From IMG/VR virus record IMGVR_UViG_3300037467_001904, positions 1 through 64,000 of that record: DNA of 64,000 bases; one strand, 5' to 3'. The DNA is from a virus. Lineage: Duplodnaviria > Caudoviricetes. Shown piece by piece: positions 26,211 through 36,512 of this stretch (the stretch's first letter is position 1; every line of letters starts with the position of its first letter). Both the position numbers and the translations under genes were made by a program. The notes under the pieces were generated by a model. That model ran no database searches and was not told the origin of the DNA. It saw nothing but the letters and a program-made list of their open reading frames with translations.

Positions 26211-26639
26211 ATGGCAGGAACCGTTACCGTCGCATGCCGGCTGCCTCACGGCCTGGTGCTTCAGCTCCAGAAGGAAGGCATCGATACCATCCCCGTGATG
26301 GGAGGCGGGACGCAGGAGGTGAAGGTTTGGCGCAAGGTCGGCCAGATCGTCACCCTCAAAGGCTGGTCCCATCCGTCCGAGGTTGCGTCCGAAAACCGCA
26401 TCGTGAACGGCTTCGCACTTACCATGGGTGTCGACGCAGAGTTCATGGAGGCCTGGATGGCCCAGAACGCCGACCATCCGGCGGTCAAGACCGGCAACAT
26501 CCTGGTCTTCACCAAGGGCGGCGACGCCACCAGCGAAACCAGGGGCAGGGTCAAGGAGCGTACCGGCTTCGAGCCGCACAATCCCAAGGATCCGATCCCT
26601 GAGTTCAAGCGTACCGTGCAGACGGCCGACGCGGCCTGA
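26211..26639 (+). CDS. Head-associated hypothetical
   Basis: VTVACRLPHGLVL; follows the capsid gene. Confidence 0.7.
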   Translation: MAGTVTVACRLPHGLVLQLQKEGIDTIPVMGGGTQEVKVWRKVGQIVTLKGWSHPSEVASENRIVNGFALTMGVDAEFMEAWMAQNADHPAVKTGNILVFTKGGDATSETRGRVKERTGFEPHNPKDPIPEFKRTVQTADAA

Positions 26640-26653
26640 CATCCGAGGCGGAT

Positions 26654-27073
26654 ATGAGCGACCCGGTCCCTTTCGTCTATCAGGACTGGGCCGCTGCCTA
26701 TCCTGAGTTCTCCAACGTCACCGAACCGCAGGTCACGCTGCGGATCCTGCCGCTGGCGCAGCAGTATATCGCCGGCTTCATCGGCCGCGTCAGCGATCCC
26801 CAGGCCCAGACGAACTTCCTCTGGTTGATGGTGGCGCATCTTTGCCAACTCAGCTTCGGCACCGCTGCCAGCCCGGCAACGGGTCTCGTCGGCCGCGTCG
26901 CGAGCGCAACCGAGGGCAGCGTTTCGGTCCAACTCGACTTCCAGGCCACACAAGCCCAGGCCTGGTACGTCCAGACCACCTATGGCGCCCTGTTCTGGCA
27001 GCTGGCGCGTCCCTATTGGCTTGGCGGGTTCAGCTATCCGGCGCCGCCGCCAATGCCTTTCCCCTATCGCTGA
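26654..27073 (+). CDS. Head-tail connector (DUF4054-like)
   Basis: WAAAYPEFS; GRVASATEGSVSV; QTTYGALFWQL. Confidence 0.8.
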   Translation: MSDPVPFVYQDWAAAYPEFSNVTEPQVTLRILPLAQQYIAGFIGRVSDPQAQTNFLWLMVAHLCQLSFGTAASPATGLVGRVASATEGSVSVQLDFQATQAQAWYVQTTYGALFWQLARPYWLGGFSYPAPPPMPFPYR

Positions 27074-27088
27074 ACAGGATGCCATTTC

Positions 27089-27409
27089 ATGGATCTCGAT
27101 ATCATCCTTCGACAGGTGCCCGCCCTCGTCCTCGCAAACCAGCAGATGGGCGCTCAGATCGCCGAATTGCTGGTGTTCAAGGCCGATGCCGAACGGCGCC
27201 TGGCTGCGCTGGAACCTCATTCGGAGGAAGCGCATTCCGAGGCAGTTGAGCCGGCGAGGAACGAACAGGAGCCGGCCTCCGAAGTTCCTCCGAACCATGA
27301 AGCCGCTGGCGAGGCTCAGGACGGCCACGAAGACCCCGCCGCTCCTACCCCAGCGGGTGAGGCGGCCGAGGCCAGCCCTGAAGCGCCGCAGGCTGCCGAG
27401 CAGCCCTGA
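27089..27409 (+). CDS. Acidic low-complexity hypothetical
   Basis: Coiled-coil N-terminus, Glu/Pro/Ala-rich tail. Confidence 0.55.
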   Translation: MDLDIILRQVPALVLANQQMGAQIAELLVFKADAERRLAALEPHSEEAHSEAVEPARNEQEPASEVPPNHEAAGEAQDGHEDPAAPTPAGEAAEASPEAPQAAEQP

Positions 27410-27855
27410 TGGCGACGCTGAAGGGCGGCGACAAGCTGGAAGCCGCCCTGGCGAAGATCGCCAAGAACTTGACGAAGGCGGCGGCGGTCGATGTCGGCTT
27501 CCTGGAAGATGCGACCTATCCCGATGGAACCTCCGTCGCGATGGTGGCGGCAATCCAGGAGTTCGGAGCGCCGAAGGCCAATATCCCACCCAGGCCGTTC
27601 TTCCGCGGGATGATCCAGGACAAGAGCCCGGAATGGCCCGTCCTGATCGCCAAGGAGCTCAAGGCCACCGACTACGACGCCAAGGTCACCTTGGCCAGAA
27701 TCGGCGACTACATGGTGGGCGAGCTCCAGGAAGCGATCAACGATTTCAGCGGCGCGCCCCTCTCGCCCAAGACCGTGAAGAAGAAGGGCAGCTCGAAACA
27801 GCTCGTCGACACGAAAGTGATGCTGCGCAGCGCCAACCGTCGGGTGAAGACATGA
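27409..27855 (+). CDS. Neck/tail completion protein
   Basis: VAAIQEFGA...IPPRPFFR...KQLVDTKVML. Confidence 0.78.
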   Translation: MATLKGGDKLEAALAKIAKNLTKAAAVDVGFLEDATYPDGTSVAMVAAIQEFGAPKANIPPRPFFRGMIQDKSPEWPVLIAKELKATDYDAKVTLARIGDYMVGELQEAINDFSGAPLSPKTVKKKGSSKQLVDTKVMLRSANRRVKT

Positions 27856-28226
27856 ACTTGCACGGCATCGTCGCCCCCGCGATCAGCATCGTGAACCCCA
27901 TGGTGCCGCTGTCGATCCGGATCTCGACGGGCTCGACGACGGCAGCGGATGGCAAGCGGACGCCCACCTACGCCACGCCGATCACGGTTTTGGGGCAGAT
28001 CCAGGCGCTCCAATACAACGACATCATGCAGCTCGACGGGCTGAACATCGAAGGCATGCGCCGGAAGATCTACATCGCCGGCAAGGTCGACGGCCTGGTC
28101 CGTGCTGATCAAAAGGGCGGGGACCTGATCACGACGCCCGACGGCAAGGTCTGGCTTGTCGCGCTTGTCCTCGAATATTGGCCCGATTGGGTGTCCTGCG
28201 CCGTGACGCTGCAGAAGAACGCTTGA
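27852..28226 (+). CDS. Head-tail adaptor/stopper
   Basis: MNLHGIVAPAISIVNP...GGDLI...WLVALVLEYWPDW. Confidence 0.75.
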   Translation: MNLHGIVAPAISIVNPMVPLSIRISTGSTTAADGKRTPTYATPITVLGQIQALQYNDIMQLDGLNIEGMRRKIYIAGKVDGLVRADQKGGDLITTPDGKVWLVALVLEYWPDWVSCAVTLQKNA

Positions 28227-28239
28227 GGGAGCATCACCT

Positions 28240-28965
28240 ATGGGTTTCGCCCCCTCGGTCACGCAGTCGCAGATGATGGCTGCGTTTCGGTCGTTCCTGC
28301 TCGCAATTCTGCCGGCCAACACCGAAGTGATCGCTGGCCAGGACAACCGCGTGTCAGAGCCCGAAGGCGAGGACTTTGTCGTGATGACGCCGATCCTGCG
28401 AAACAGGCTCTCGACGAACATCCACACCCCGCATGACGTCAGCTTCGTCGGATCGATCGCCGGCGCGACTCTCACCGTCACCGAAATGACCCTCGGCACG
28501 ATCGAGGTTGGCCAATCCCTTTTCGGCACCGACGTCTCTCCAGGCACCACGATCACTGCCCTTGGCACGGGTACAGGCGGTATCGGCACCTATTCGATCT
28601 CCCAGGCCCAGACAGTCGCATCGAACGTGCTGGCGAGCGGCTCGGAAGAGATCATGCAGCCGACGCAGGTGACGATTCAGCTCGACGTGCACGGGCCGAA
28701 TAGCGGCGACAATTCCCAGACGATCGCAACGGTGTTTCGGGATCCCGTTGGCGTTGCCTTGTTTGAAGCCAGCGGCCTCGACGTCGCTCCACTGTATTCC
28801 GACGACCCGAAGCAGATGCCTTTCGTGAACGCCGAGCAGGCCTATGAGGACCGCTGGGTGATCACCGCGCTCCTGCAGGTCAATGCCTCGCTGAGTGTGC
28901 CGCAGCAGTTCGCCGAGGGCGTCAGCGTCAGCACCCACAACGTCCAGGCCGATTTACCGCTCTGA
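28240..28965 (+). CDS. Tail terminator/neck protein with inserted beta module
   Basis: VIAGQDNRV...QLDVHGP...PLYSDDPKQMP; insert at about 28441-28623. Confidence 0.75.
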   Translation: MGFAPSVTQSQMMAAFRSFLLAILPANTEVIAGQDNRVSEPEGEDFVVMTPILRNRLSTNIHTPHDVSFVGSIAGATLTVTEMTLGTIEVGQSLFGTDVSPGTTITALGTGTGGIGTYSISQAQTVASNVLASGSEEIMQPTQVTIQLDVHGPNSGDNSQTIATVFRDPVGVALFEASGLDVAPLYSDDPKQMPFVNAEQAYEDRWVITALLQVNASLSVPQQFAEGVSVSTHNVQADLPL

Positions 28966-29018
28966 GCGGCTCGCCTCCTCTCTGAAACCACCACCGTCCA
29001 ACCCTCGAGGATCACACC

Positions 29019-30965
29019 TTGACCACGATTCCTGCCAGCCAACTGGTCCGCGTCATCCCGAATGTGCTCAGCGCGGGCGGTGCGGCCCTCGTCATGAACG
29101 GCCTGCTGCTCACCAACAGCACGCGAGTTCCGATCGGCGAAGTCCTGTCGTTCCCGAACGATGGTGTCTCCGTCGCCAACTATTTCGGCCTGTCCTCGCA
29201 GGAGGCGGCCCTTGCCACGACCTATTTCGGCGGCTTCAACGGGTCGACGAAAAAGCCGGCCTCGATCCTGTTCGCCCAGTACAATTCGGCGGCTGTCCCG
29301 GCACTGCTCCGTGGCGGCCCCGCGAACAAGATGACGATCGCTCAGCTCCAGGGGCTCTCCGGCTCGCTCCAGATCACCGTCGACGGCTATCCTCGTTCGG
29401 CCGCGATCGTCGACCTCGCCACCGCCACCAGCTTCAGCGCGGCGGCTGCCCTGATCGAGCAGGACCTCAACGCCAACCTGTCGAATGTCGCCTCGGTCAC
29501 TGGGGCCATCGCGCCGGCTACGGCAGCCTTCAACGGCTCGATCGCCGGCAACGTCCTGAGCGTGACGCATGTTACCTCCGGGACGCTTGTCCCCGGCGCG
29601 ATCATTGCTGGCACCGGGGTCATCAACGGCACCCAGATCACCTCACAGATCAGCGGAACGCCTGGCGGCATCGGCGACTATGCGGTCACCGCGGCCCAGG
29701 CCGTCAACAACGTGACGTTCTCGGCCACCTATGGCCTGTTGACGGTCACTGCCGTGGCATCGGGGACGCTGTCCGTTGGCCAGGTGCTCTCCGGCACCGG
29801 CGTCACCGCCGGCACGCTGATCACGGGTCTCGGTACCGGCGAGGGCCTTCTCGGCACCTACTATGTCCAGACCACACAGACTGTCGCCAGTGGCACGATC
29901 ACCGCGGCGCCGGCGCCGGTCGATGTCTCCTATGACTCGGTCGGCGGCGGGTTTGTGATTTCGTCAGGGATCACCGGAGCGGCTTCGCTGATGGCCTTCG
30001 CCACCGGCACGATCGCCGATGAGCTTTATCTGACCCAGACGACCGGGGCCAACCTGTCTCAGGGGGCGGCCGCAGCTTCGCCCGGGCCCTTCATGACCGC
30101 TCTCACCCAAGTCACTCAGAACTGGGCGACTTTCATGACCATGTTCGATCCGGATGGCGGCAACGGCAACGCCCAGAAACTGCAGTTCTCGACCTGGACC
30201 AATGGGCAGGATGAGCGCTGGGCTTATGTGGCCTGGGACACCGATATCACGCCGACGGAGAGCGCCAACGCCGCGAGCTCGCTGGGCGCGCTGGTGTTCG
30301 GTGCGAAGATGGACGGCACCTGCCTGGTCTGGAGCCCCAGCGACGGACCAAACAAGGCCGCCTTCGTTTGCGGCACCGCTGCCTCGATCGATTTCGAGGC
30401 GTTGAATGGCCGGATCACCTTCGCCTTCCGTGGCCAGGATGGACTTATCGCCGATGTCACCGATGCAACGGTCGCCAGCAACCTCATCGCCAACGGCTAC
30501 AACTTCTACGGTGCCTACGCGACGGCCAACCAGCAGTTCCTGATGCTCCAGCCCGGGCAGATCTCGGGCCGGTTCCAGTGGCTGGACAGCTACATCAACC
30601 AGATCTGGCTGAATAACGCTCTCCAGCTTGCTCTGGTGGAGCTGCTCGTGAACGTCAACTCGGTGCCCTACAACACGCAGGGCTACGACCTGATCAAGGT
30701 CGCCTGCATGGACCCGGTCAATGCGGGTCTGAACTTCGGGGCGATCAGGGCCGGTGTCACGCTCTCCAAGGCCCAGGCCGCGGAGATCAACAACACCGTC
30801 GGGCAGCGTGTCGACGAGCTCTTGTCGACCCAGGGATGGTATATCCAGGTCAAGGATGCCGCCCCGCAGGTCCGCCAGGCCCGTCAGACGCCGCCCTGCA
30901 ACTTCTTCTACATGGACGGCCAGAGCGTGCAGCAGCTGATTCTGAACAGCGTGCTGGTCCAGTAA
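29019..30965 (+). CDS. Contractile tail sheath (DUF3383-type) with two inserted beta modules
   Basis: [16 protein letters not shown]; QNWATF; GYNFYGAYA; [13 protein letters not shown]. Confidence 0.88.
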   Translation: MTTIPASQLVRVIPNVLSAGGAALVMNGLLLTNSTRVPIGEVLSFPNDGVSVANYFGLSSQEAALATTYFGGFNGSTKKPASILFAQYNSAAVPALLRGGPANKMTIAQLQGLSGSLQITVDGYPRSAAIVDLATATSFSAAAALIEQDLNANLSNVASVTGAIAPATAAFNGSIAGNVLSVTHVTSGTLVPGAIIAGTGVINGTQITSQISGTPGGIGDYAVTAAQAVNNVTFSATYGLLTVTAVASGTLSVGQVLSGTGVTAGTLITGLGTGEGLLGTYYVQTTQTVASGTITAAPAPVDVSYDSVGGGFVISSGITGAASLMAFATGTIADELYLTQTTGANLSQGAAAASPGPFMTALTQVTQNWATFMTMFDPDGGNGNAQKLQFSTWTNGQDERWAYVAWDTDITPTESANAASSLGALVFGAKMDGTCLVWSPSDGPNKAAFVCGTAASIDFEALNGRITFAFRGQDGLIADVTDATVASNLIANGYNFYGAYATANQQFLMLQPGQISGRFQWLDSYINQIWLNNALQLALVELLVNVNSVPYNTQGYDLIKVACMDPVNAGLNFGAIRAGVTLSKAQAAEINNTVGQRVDELLSTQGWYIQVKDAAPQVRQARQTPPCNFFYMDGQSVQQLILNSVLVQ

Positions 30966-30995
30966 GCCCCACCTGAAAACCCGGAGAAATACTCA

Positions 30996-31427
30996 ATGGC
31001 TACGCTTACTGGCGCCAGCTGCATCATCACGATTGCGATCCCGGGGCTGTTCAACAGCCCCGTTCAGCTTCAGGGCTTCGCGGCCGACGATGTCTTCGAC
31101 GCCGATACCCAGGAGATCGCGGAGACTTCCATGGGTGTCGACGGCATCCTGTCGGGCGGTTTCGTTCATGTCCCGGTCAAGCAGACGATCGCGCTCCAGG
31201 CGGACTCGGCATCGAACCTGATCTTCGAGACCTGGGCGGCTCAGCAGAAGGCGACATTGGACACTTATACCGCCAATGGCACGTCCAACATCAAGTCGAC
31301 CGGGCGGTCCTATGTGATGAACAAGGGCTTCCTGACCTCGTTTCCGTCGATCCCGGCCGTGAAGAAGCTGCTTCAGCCTCGGCGCTACACGATCACCTGG
31401 GAAAGCATCCGGGCAACCCCGAACTGA
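30996..31427 (+). CDS. Tail tube protein
   Basis: QLQGFAADDVFD...MGVDGILSGG; follows the sheath gene. Confidence 0.82.
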   Translation: MATLTGASCIITIAIPGLFNSPVQLQGFAADDVFDADTQEIAETSMGVDGILSGGFVHVPVKQTIALQADSASNLIFETWAAQQKATLDTYTANGTSNIKSTGRSYVMNKGFLTSFPSIPAVKKLLQPRRYTITWESIRATPN

Positions 31428-31440
31428 GCGGAGATGATCT

Positions 31441-31962
31441 ATGTCGCGTAAGACCAGCGATGTCACGATCACGGAAGAAGGTCGTGACCAGGGCAAGACG
31501 TTCCATATCCGCGAGATGGCGGCCCTCAAGGCGGAACGCTGGGCAATGCGGGCCCTGATCGCCGTCGGCAAGTCCGGTGTCGATCTGCCCGACGGTATCG
31601 CCGCCGGCGGGGGAATGCGGTCGCTCGCCATCCTCGGGGTCCAGGCCATCATGCGCATGGACTTCGCCGATGCCGAGCCTCTGCTCGACGAGATGCTGGA
31701 GTGTGTTTCCGTCAAGCCGGATCCGAAGCGGCCGGAGGTCGTCAGAGCCCTGATGGTCGAGGAAGACATTGAGGAGATCTCGACGTTGCTGCGGCTGCGC
31801 CAGGAGGTCCTGGAGCTGCACACTGGTTTTTTCTCGAAAGGGAGGCCCTCGGAACAGACTTCTCCGGCGCCCTCGACGGACCCGAGCTCCTCGAATACCC
31901 AAACCTTCCCGCATCCATCGGTTCAGTTATCGCGAACTCCGCCAACAAAACGGCCGCGATGA
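31441..31962 (+). CDS. Tail assembly chaperone; probable -1 frameshift extension to 32078
   Basis: GRDQGKTFHIREM; GGTTTTTTC at 31825-31833; -1 frame open to TGA 32076-32078. Confidence 0.75.
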   Translation: MSRKTSDVTITEEGRDQGKTFHIREMAALKAERWAMRALIAVGKSGVDLPDGIAAGGGMRSLAILGVQAIMRMDFADAEPLLDEMLECVSVKPDPKRPEVVRALMVEEDIEEISTLLRLRQEVLELHTGFFSKGRPSEQTSPAPSTDPSSSNTQTFPHPSVQLSRTPPTKRPR

Positions 31963-32081
31963 TCGACCTCCATGAGCACCTGTCGGTTGAGGACGTCTAC
32001 GACATCCTCGAGGTGCTGAGCGTGGATGCCCATAACCGCCTCCTCATCGCCGACTATCAGGAAAAGCACAGGGAGTGATCC

Positions 32082-34235
32082 GTGGCCACGCTGATCGACA
32101 GCCTCTATGTCTCCCTTGGCCTTGACCCTTCCGACTACAAGAAGGGACAGAAGGAAGCGGTCGACGCCTCCAAGAAAACCAAGGAAGCGGCGGTTCGAGA
32201 TGCCAAGGCAATCGAGGAGGCCGGCAAAAAGGCTGCCGACGGCATCAAGAAGATCGCGGTCGAGGCGCTGGCGCTGTTCGCCATCTTCACCGGATCGAAG
32301 AGCATCGGCAAATTCGTCACGGACCTTATGGGCGCCGATGCAGCGCTGGGGCGCTTCAGCCGCACCATCGGGCTGGCTCCGCAATATGTCGCGGCGATCG
32401 GTAAGGTCGTCGGCGAAGTCGGCGGCACCGCCGAGGCCACAGCCGGCACGATCGACGGCCTGTCCAGTTCCCTGACGCGCTTCCGGACCGCCAACGGCGA
32501 CCTGCCAAACGAGTTCTGGCAGCTGCGCGCAGCGGTGGATGGCAAGATCGATCCCCGCGGCTCTATGGTCGACTTCCTCGATCAGCTCGCTGCGGCGCTG
32601 CAGAAGGTCGAGAAGGCCGATCCCCAAAAGGCCTCGATGTATGCCAAGGCGATGGGGATCGACCAAGGTACCTATCAGCTCATGCTGAAATACGGTCAGG
32701 AGCTGTCGAAGGTCATTGGGCTCCGCAAGGACCTGGCGCCATCGCAGCAGGACATCGAGAACGCCCAGAAGTTCCAGGAAGCCTGGAACAACATCTTCAA
32801 TGCGGTCCAGAACCTGATCGAGAAGGGCATCCGCGCGATCGAGCCGGCACTGACCCCGATCGTGAAGCGCATGCAGGAATGGGTTGAAGCCAACAAGGCG
32901 GTGATCAGCGACAAGATCGTCGAATATGCGAACTCGATCGCATCGGCGTTCAAGTCGGCAGCTGACAACATCAGCACGGTGGTTTCGGTGCTCAAGGCGC
33001 TGGACGACTTCAACGAACGTTCTAAGAAGTGGGAGATCACCAAGTTCCTGAATGGGTCCGCCTTCAATTCGAACACCCCAGAGAACAGCACGCAGTACGG
33101 TGACCCGAATGGAATGTTTTCGGCCTCAGTCCGGAAGGGCAGCATCGCCGAGAGCATCATCAACTTCTTCAGTGGTGGTGGCTCCCAGCCGAGCACTGGT
33201 CGCGCCAGCGGTGGTTCCGTAACGGGCGGCCAGGCTTACATGGTTGGCGAGCGGGGCCCGGAACCCTTTATCCCGAACACCACCGGCACCATCATTCCGC
33301 ACGACAAGCTCGGTGGGGATCTCTCCGTCGACGGCCGGCCGATCAATCGCGCCAATCCGATGCCGGTCACCTTGGCGAATAGCCAGGGTGGGGGCGAGAA
33401 CTGGCTTCAGACCCTTGGCCGCTGGCTGGGATTCGGAGGAGGCGGCGGTTCTTCCGGTGGCGGCGGGGGCGGGGGTATCATCGACACCCTGTTCGGCGGC
33501 GGCAAAGGGAGTGGAAAGGGTGGCGGCAAAGGAGGTGGCGGCCCCAGCAGCGCTGTGGATGGCGGCGGCAAGGCCATTACCTCGAAGGGCGGCATCGTCG
33601 CGAACCAGCGGGCAGCCTATGCAGCTCTGAGGGCAGAAGGTCTATCTGACCAAGCCGCACGCGTATTTGTTGCCAATGTCTCCTCCGAGGCCCTCGTCAA
33701 CCCAAGCGACTACCATTGGGATGGCAAGCATTATTCGCAGGGCATTGTGCAATGGGACCCGACCAGGTCCGCCGCAATCAAACGGCAGTTCGGTAAGGAA
33801 CCGCGATATCTGGGCGTCCAGGACCAGATGAAAGCGGCAGTCTGGGAAATGAAGAATAACCCAGCCTACCGAGCATCATGGCGGGCGATGACCTCGCAGG
33901 GACTGAGCGATGCTCAGATCATGGACACCATCGTTCGAAACTATGAGCGCCCGGCCAAGCCGGACAAGGACGTTCAATATCGTCTACGTCTTCTGCGGGG
34001 TCTTCCTGGCCTCGCCGATAAGTTGCCGCCCATAGGAGCGAAAGCGACAGCGGCTGCAACAGCGAACGTTTCGAATGACAATCGCTCGTCGACTTCATCC
34101 TCGAGCTCGACGACCAACATCAGCAAGATCGAGATCCATACCCAGGCCAAGGATGCCAATGGCATTGCTGCCAGCCTGCATGACTCGATCCGGCGCAACG
34201 CAGCGGCTTCGGCCGCCAACAATGGACCGAACTGA
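32082..34235 (+). CDS. Tape measure protein with C-terminal tail lysozyme-like domain
   Basis: ATLIDSLYVSLGLD; GRASGGSV..VGERGPE; ANVSSEA...GIVQWDPTR. Confidence 0.85.
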   Translation: MATLIDSLYVSLGLDPSDYKKGQKEAVDASKKTKEAAVRDAKAIEEAGKKAADGIKKIAVEALALFAIFTGSKSIGKFVTDLMGADAALGRFSRTIGLAPQYVAAIGKVVGEVGGTAEATAGTIDGLSSSLTRFRTANGDLPNEFWQLRAAVDGKIDPRGSMVDFLDQLAAALQKVEKADPQKASMYAKAMGIDQGTYQLMLKYGQELSKVIGLRKDLAPSQQDIENAQKFQEAWNNIFNAVQNLIEKGIRAIEPALTPIVKRMQEWVEANKAVISDKIVEYANSIASAFKSAADNISTVVSVLKALDDFNERSKKWEITKFLNGSAFNSNTPENSTQYGDPNGMFSASVRKGSIAESIINFFSGGGSQPSTGRASGGSVTGGQAYMVGERGPEPFIPNTTGTIIPHDKLGGDLSVDGRPINRANPMPVTLANSQGGGENWLQTLGRWLGFGGGGGSSGGGGGGGIIDTLFGGGKGSGKGGGKGGGGPSSAVDGGGKAITSKGGIVANQRAAYAALRAEGLSDQAARVFVANVSSEALVNPSDYHWDGKHYSQGIVQWDPTRSAAIKRQFGKEPRYLGVQDQMKAAVWEMKNNPAYRASWRAMTSQGLSDAQIMDTIVRNYERPAKPDKDVQYRLRLLRGLPGLADKLPPIGAKATAAATANVSNDNRSSTSSSSSTTNISKIEIHTQAKDANGIAASLHDSIRRNAAASAANNGPN

Positions 34236-34237
34236 CG

Positions 34238-34891
34238 ATGGCATTCCCGGTCAATGTTCCCAACGTGCCGGGAGTGCCGCCTGTCGTGTTCGCAGGAACC
34301 GCCGGCGCTGCACTGAACCTGATCACCAGTGACGTCGCCTCGATCTTCGGCGGCTTGTTGGGGTTCTCGCAGTGGGGGATCTATTTCTTCGGGTTCCCCA
34401 TTGTGTTGGCAGACAATGTGGTCGGCTTCGAATACCGCAACGAGTGGACGATCTCCGATTATCCTGTCGAGCGCGGAAGCTTCGAAAGTTATGACAAGGT
34501 CGCTACGCCATACATGGCGCGGGTCCGTTTCTCCGCCGGCGGCTCGGAAGGGGATCGGGCTGCGTTTCTCGCTTCGATCGAGGCCATTGCGGGCGACCTA
34601 AACCTCTACGATGTCGTGACGCCGGAGAAGGTCTACGTCAGCGCCAACATCATCCACTACGACTATCGACGCAGCGCGGACGCCGGTGCTGGCCTCCTGA
34701 CGGTCGATGTCTGGCTTTCCGAGGTCAGGCAGACGGCGACGATGGGCACTCAGAACGCCCAGGATCCCGGAGCCTCTTCACAAGTGAATGGCGGGGCCGT
34801 GCAGCCTACAGCGCCCACGGCAGCCCAGGACGCGGTGAAGACCGACTATACGCCGACGAAGGTAGGACAGACGCCCCGCGGCGACAGATAA
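34238..34891 (+). CDS. Baseplate/tail-tip protein
   Basis: ISDYPVERGSFESYDKV. Confidence 0.72.
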   Translation: MAFPVNVPNVPGVPPVVFAGTAGAALNLITSDVASIFGGLLGFSQWGIYFFGFPIVLADNVVGFEYRNEWTISDYPVERGSFESYDKVATPYMARVRFSAGGSEGDRAAFLASIEAIAGDLNLYDVVTPEKVYVSANIIHYDYRRSADAGAGLLTVDVWLSEVRQTATMGTQNAQDPGASSQVNGGAVQPTAPTAAQDAVKTDYTPTKVGQTPRGDR

Positions 34892-34900
34892 GAGGTTTGC

Positions 34901-35203
34901 ATGCAGATCGTCCCGCTACGGCCGGTGCCGAACCAGACGATTTCCATCCTGCTCGGTGGCCAGAACTGCCAGATCAATGTCTACACCAAGGGCGGGGGCC
35001 TCAACCTCGATCTCTATGTCGACAATATCCTGATCGTTGGCGGCGTCGCCTGCCAGAACATGAATAGGACGGTGATATCGAGCTATCTCGGCTTCGTCGG
35101 GGATCTCGGTTTCATCGACAACCAAGGCTCTTCTGATCCGGCCTATGACGGGCTCGGATCACGCTACAGCCTGGCCTATCTGGAGGCCGCCGACATTGGC
35201 TAA
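34901..35203 (+). CDS. Small baseplate protein
   Basis: IVPLRPVPNQTISILLGGQNC. Confidence 0.72.
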   Translation: MQIVPLRPVPNQTISILLGGQNCQINVYTKGGGLNLDLYVDNILIVGGVACQNMNRTVISSYLGFVGDLGFIDNQGSSDPAYDGLGSRYSLAYLEAADIG

Positions 35204-35210
35204 CAAAGGG

Positions 35211-35540
35211 CTATTTTACAGCAAAATGTGAGATGTATTCCGGGCTTTCCTGCGATTTTCGGTCGAAATAGGTGAACTTGCAGCCCTTGAAAGCCAGGTC
35301 CTTCAGCGCATAGCAGGAGCCGCTTTCGCATCCGTACACATGGCCGCTGGACATCACATTGAGTTGGACGACGTCGACCTTGTCGCCGCGCTTGCCGTCT
35401 GGATCTCCCTGGCAATCGTCAGGACCATAAGTGGCGGCAGGACACGTCTGTGCAGGCCCGCGAAGGGTTACCTCACAGGCGATGGCCGGGGCTGTAGCGG
35501 CTCCCGTGGCCAACATGACGGCGACCCATAGCGACTTCAT
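35211..35540 (-). CDS. Antisense moron: secreted Cys-rich small protein
   Basis: Signal peptide MKSLWVAVMLATGAATAPAIA; six Cys. Confidence 0.6.
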   Translation of the reverse strand: MKSLWVAVMLATGAATAPAIACEVTLRGPAQTCPAATYGPDDCQGDPDGKRGDKVDVVQLNVMSSGHVYGCESGSCYALKDLAFKGCKFTYFDRKSQESPEYISHFAVK

Positions 35541-35639
35541 CGAAACCTCCCGTTTGCCGGCATCCTCTCATGCGGCGATCGGAAGTCAACGAGCACCACC
35601 ACCGGAATCGGTGGAGCAATTTCCTTTTGAGGCCACGGA

Positions 35640-36512
35640 ATGACCTTCAGCCAGAAGCTGATCAACGTCCAGTTGCAGCTGGCGTCGGGTTCGTTCGGCA
35701 AGAACGGAGACAACACAGCGACGATCACTGGGCACCGGGTTTCCTTCACTGGTGAGTACCAGGGCGGCTTTAGCCAGAGCCAGGCCTCAGTCTCGATTTG
35801 GGGCCTGCCGCTGAGCCTGATGAATCAGCTCTCGACTGTCGGAAAGAACTTCAACCAGCGCCTCAACAACAAGATCGCGGTGTTCGCCGGCGAGAGCCAG
35901 GACGCGATGTCGGTCGTGTTCGAAGGGCAGGTCATCACCGCCTTTGTCGACGCCGAGGGCATGCCAGATGTCGCGTTCCGGGTGCTGGCCCAGCCCGGCG
36001 GCTACAATGCCGTGAAGCCTGCGAAGCCGATCAGCGTCAAGGGCTCGGCCAATGCCGCAGACCTGGTGAAACAGATCGCGGGCCAACTCGGCCTCGGCTT
36101 CGAAAACACCGGGGTCGATACGAAGCTCTCGAATCCCTATTTCGCCGGCTCACCTTGGACGCAACTGCAGCAGCTCGCCAGGCATGCCGGGTTCATGTGG
36201 ACGGTGGAGTGCGGGAAACTCGCGATCGTCAAACCCGGGCAGTCCAGGAAGAACAGCGAGGTCCTGATCTCGCCGCAGACCGGCATGGTGGGTTATCCCG
36301 CCTTCTCGCAACAGGCTGTCATTGTAAAAGCCCTCTTCAACCCGGCCGTGAAGCACTATTCGAAGGTCAAGGTCCAGAGCGACCTGACGTCGGCGAACGG
36401 CGAATGGCAGGTCAGGAAATACGTGCTCGAGCTCGAATCCATGATCCCTCAGGGGCGCTGGTTCATGACGCTTGAATGCCTTCCTGGCGATGCTCCTGCA
36501 GGTGTCGCATGA
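35640..36512 (+). CDS. Baseplate hub protein
   Basis: IWGLPLSLMNQL; ISPQTGMVGYP. Confidence 0.8.
   Translation: MTFSQKLINVQLQLASGSFGKNGDNTATITGHRVSFTGEYQGGFSQSQASVSIWGLPLSLMNQLSTVGKNFNQRLNNKIAVFAGESQDAMSVVFEGQVITAFVDAEGMPDVAFRVLAQPGGYNAVKPAKPISVKGSANAADLVKQIAGQLGLGFENTGVDTKLSNPYFAGSPWTQLQQLARHAGFMWTVECGKLAIVKPGQSRKNSEVLISPQTGMVGYPAFSQQAVIVKALFNPAVKHYSKVKVQSDLTSANGEWQVRKYVLELESMIPQGRWFMTLECLPGDAPAGVA

Noticed and set aside
26261-27589. Long antisense ORFs across head and tail genes (also 23584-24465, 25141-26103, 53672-54559)
   Set aside because: Typical high-GC shadow frames opposite well-supported genes
26982-27851. 414-aa ORF 26982-28226 as a single gene
   Set aside because: Only the part from ATG 27852 looks like a real protein; the upstream part overlaps two better genes
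33430-33570. Gly-rich repeat in the tape measure gene
   Set aside because: Low-complexity linker before the lysozyme-like domain; not a discrete repeat element
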